DNA of 34,076 nt, taken from assembly GCA_018383835.1 (NCBI GenBank), contig JAHAWR010000003.1, positions 1-34,076 on the forward strand. The letters run 5' to 3'. The DNA is from Candidatus Jordarchaeia archaeon. GTDB taxonomy: Archaea; Asgardarchaeota; Jordiarchaeia; Jordiarchaeales; Freyrarchaeaceae. Made by a program: the position numbers and the translations under genes. Below are positions 33,323 through 34,076 of this stretch, piece by piece. Each line of letters begins with the position of its first letter. Position 1 is the stretch's first letter. The notes beneath the pieces are model-generated. The model was not told the origin of the DNA. It did not search any database and was given only the letters and a program-made list of their open reading frames with translations.

Positions 33323-34076
33323 CTGGAACCAGCTCCCTCGCCATACCACCCTCCGCGTATATAAAGGTAAGCGTTAACAGCGGCTGTAGCTCCCTCCCCT
33401 GCAGCAGTTACTATTTGCATTACGCCCCCTGTTACGTCTCCCGCAGCGAAGACTCCTTCGACATTTGTCATCTGGTTCCGGTTCACGACAACGTATCCCT
33501 CTTCGTCCAGCCTTACTCCCAGCTCCGCCGCCAGAGCGCTTGAAGGTGCTTCACCTACGGCTATGAAGACGCCGTCCACCTCTAGGGCTTTTTCCTCTCC
33601 GCTTTTTAGGTTCTGAATTACTACACGCCTGACAACTTCGTCCCCCTCTATCCCTTTCACCACACTACTCCAGTGAAATATTACTCCTCTTTCCTTCAAT
33701 TTCTCTTTAACAGCCATCTCAGCTCTAAGGTCGTCTCGCCTATGAACGAGGTGAACCTCCCTGGCACTCTCTGAAAGGCAAAGAGCTTCGCTTGCAGCGG
33801 TGTTTCCCCCTCCGACAACTAGCACCCGTTTTCCACGGTAGAGGGGTGCGTCACATGTTGCACAGTAGCTCACCCCACGCCCCTTAAACTCCTCCTCCCC
33901 GGGAACACTAAGCCTCCTTCTCTCCCTTCCCGTCGCTATTATCACCGCACTTGCAAGATACTCTCCCCTCCCCGTCACAACCCTGAACTTTTTCCCCTCC
34001 TTCGCAATTTTCTTTACGGCCTCCATTTCTCTTATATCGCACCCCCACATCTCCGTTTGGCGCCGCATTCTTTCCA
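33307..34076 (-). CDS. trxB: Thioredoxin reductase, 5'-partial (N-terminus beyond the window end)
   Basis: Redox-active GVSYCATCDA, NAD(P)-binding VLVVGGGNTAASEAL...HRR, and GVFAAGDVTGG. The frame stays open upstream of the ATG at 34068 to the window edge, and the FAD-binding GxGxxG is missing from what is visible. Confidence 0.85.
   Translation of the reverse strand, partial: ERMRRQTEMWGCDIREMEAVKKIAKEGKKFRVVTGRGEYLASAVIIATGRERRRLSVPGEEEFKGRGVSYCATCDAPLYRGKRVLVVGGGNTAASEALCLSESAREVHLVHRRDDLRAEMAVKEKLKERGVIFHWSSVVKGIEGDEVVRRVVIQNLKSGEEKALEVDGVFIAVGEAPSSALAAELGVRLDEEGYVVVNRNQMTNVEGVFAAGDVTGGVMQIVTAAGEGATAAVNAYLYIRGGWYGEGAGSSQVRQ

Noticed and set aside
1-34076. CRISPR arrays, IS elements, integrases, toxin-antitoxin or known defence cassettes
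   Set aside because: I found no regularly spaced repeats, no transposase, integrase or recombinase-like ORFs, and no terminal inverted repeats. The only tandem repeat is the 11-mer at 11482-11504. The tRNA-adjacent region shows no tRNA-derived att duplication.

Overview
This looks like a dense archaeal chromosomal segment, about 90% coding on both strands. The archaeal assignment rests on ribosomal proteins S6e, S28e and L24e, RNA polymerase subunit P, an ADP-dependent sugar kinase, TATA-like AT-rich boxes, and tRNA genes with introns at non-canonical positions. The E/K/R/V-rich proteins suggest a thermophile. Rab-like GTPases, a Roadblock protein and multi-intron tRNAs are compatible with a TACK- or Asgard-related lineage, but I cannot place it from sequence alone. 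Most genes are housekeeping: glyS, map, tmk, nadC, nnr, speB, ndk, rpiA, a thiolase/DUF35 pair and trxB. I found no CRISPR array, transposase, integrase or recognisable defence cassette. The best candidate for something undescribed is a single 591-aa ORF (29925-31700, minus strand). It fuses an intact Rab/Ras-like small GTPase to an M20 metallopeptidase domain in which two catalytic or metal-binding Glu positions read as Gly in my by-eye alignment. It sits in a window that also holds a standalone Rab-like GTPase, a solitary Roadblock/LC7 protein, and a large orphan helical protein whose N-terminus has a Roadblock-like secondary-structure pattern. Other points worth a second look are:
- a B12-type radical SAM enzyme whose Fe-S cysteine motif is interrupted by a Cys-rich insertion;
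- an AmmeMemoRadiSam-type radical SAM gene whose apparent N-terminal zinc ribbon is cut by the only canonical start codon;
- tRNA-Thr with one and tRNA-Leu with two non-canonical introns;
- a frameshifted thioredoxin-reductase paralog lacking CxxC, convergent with an intact trxB;
- two beta-CASP paralogs;
- a Mut7-C nuclease gene overlapping rps6e.
All homology calls come from motif recognition by eye. No searches were run.
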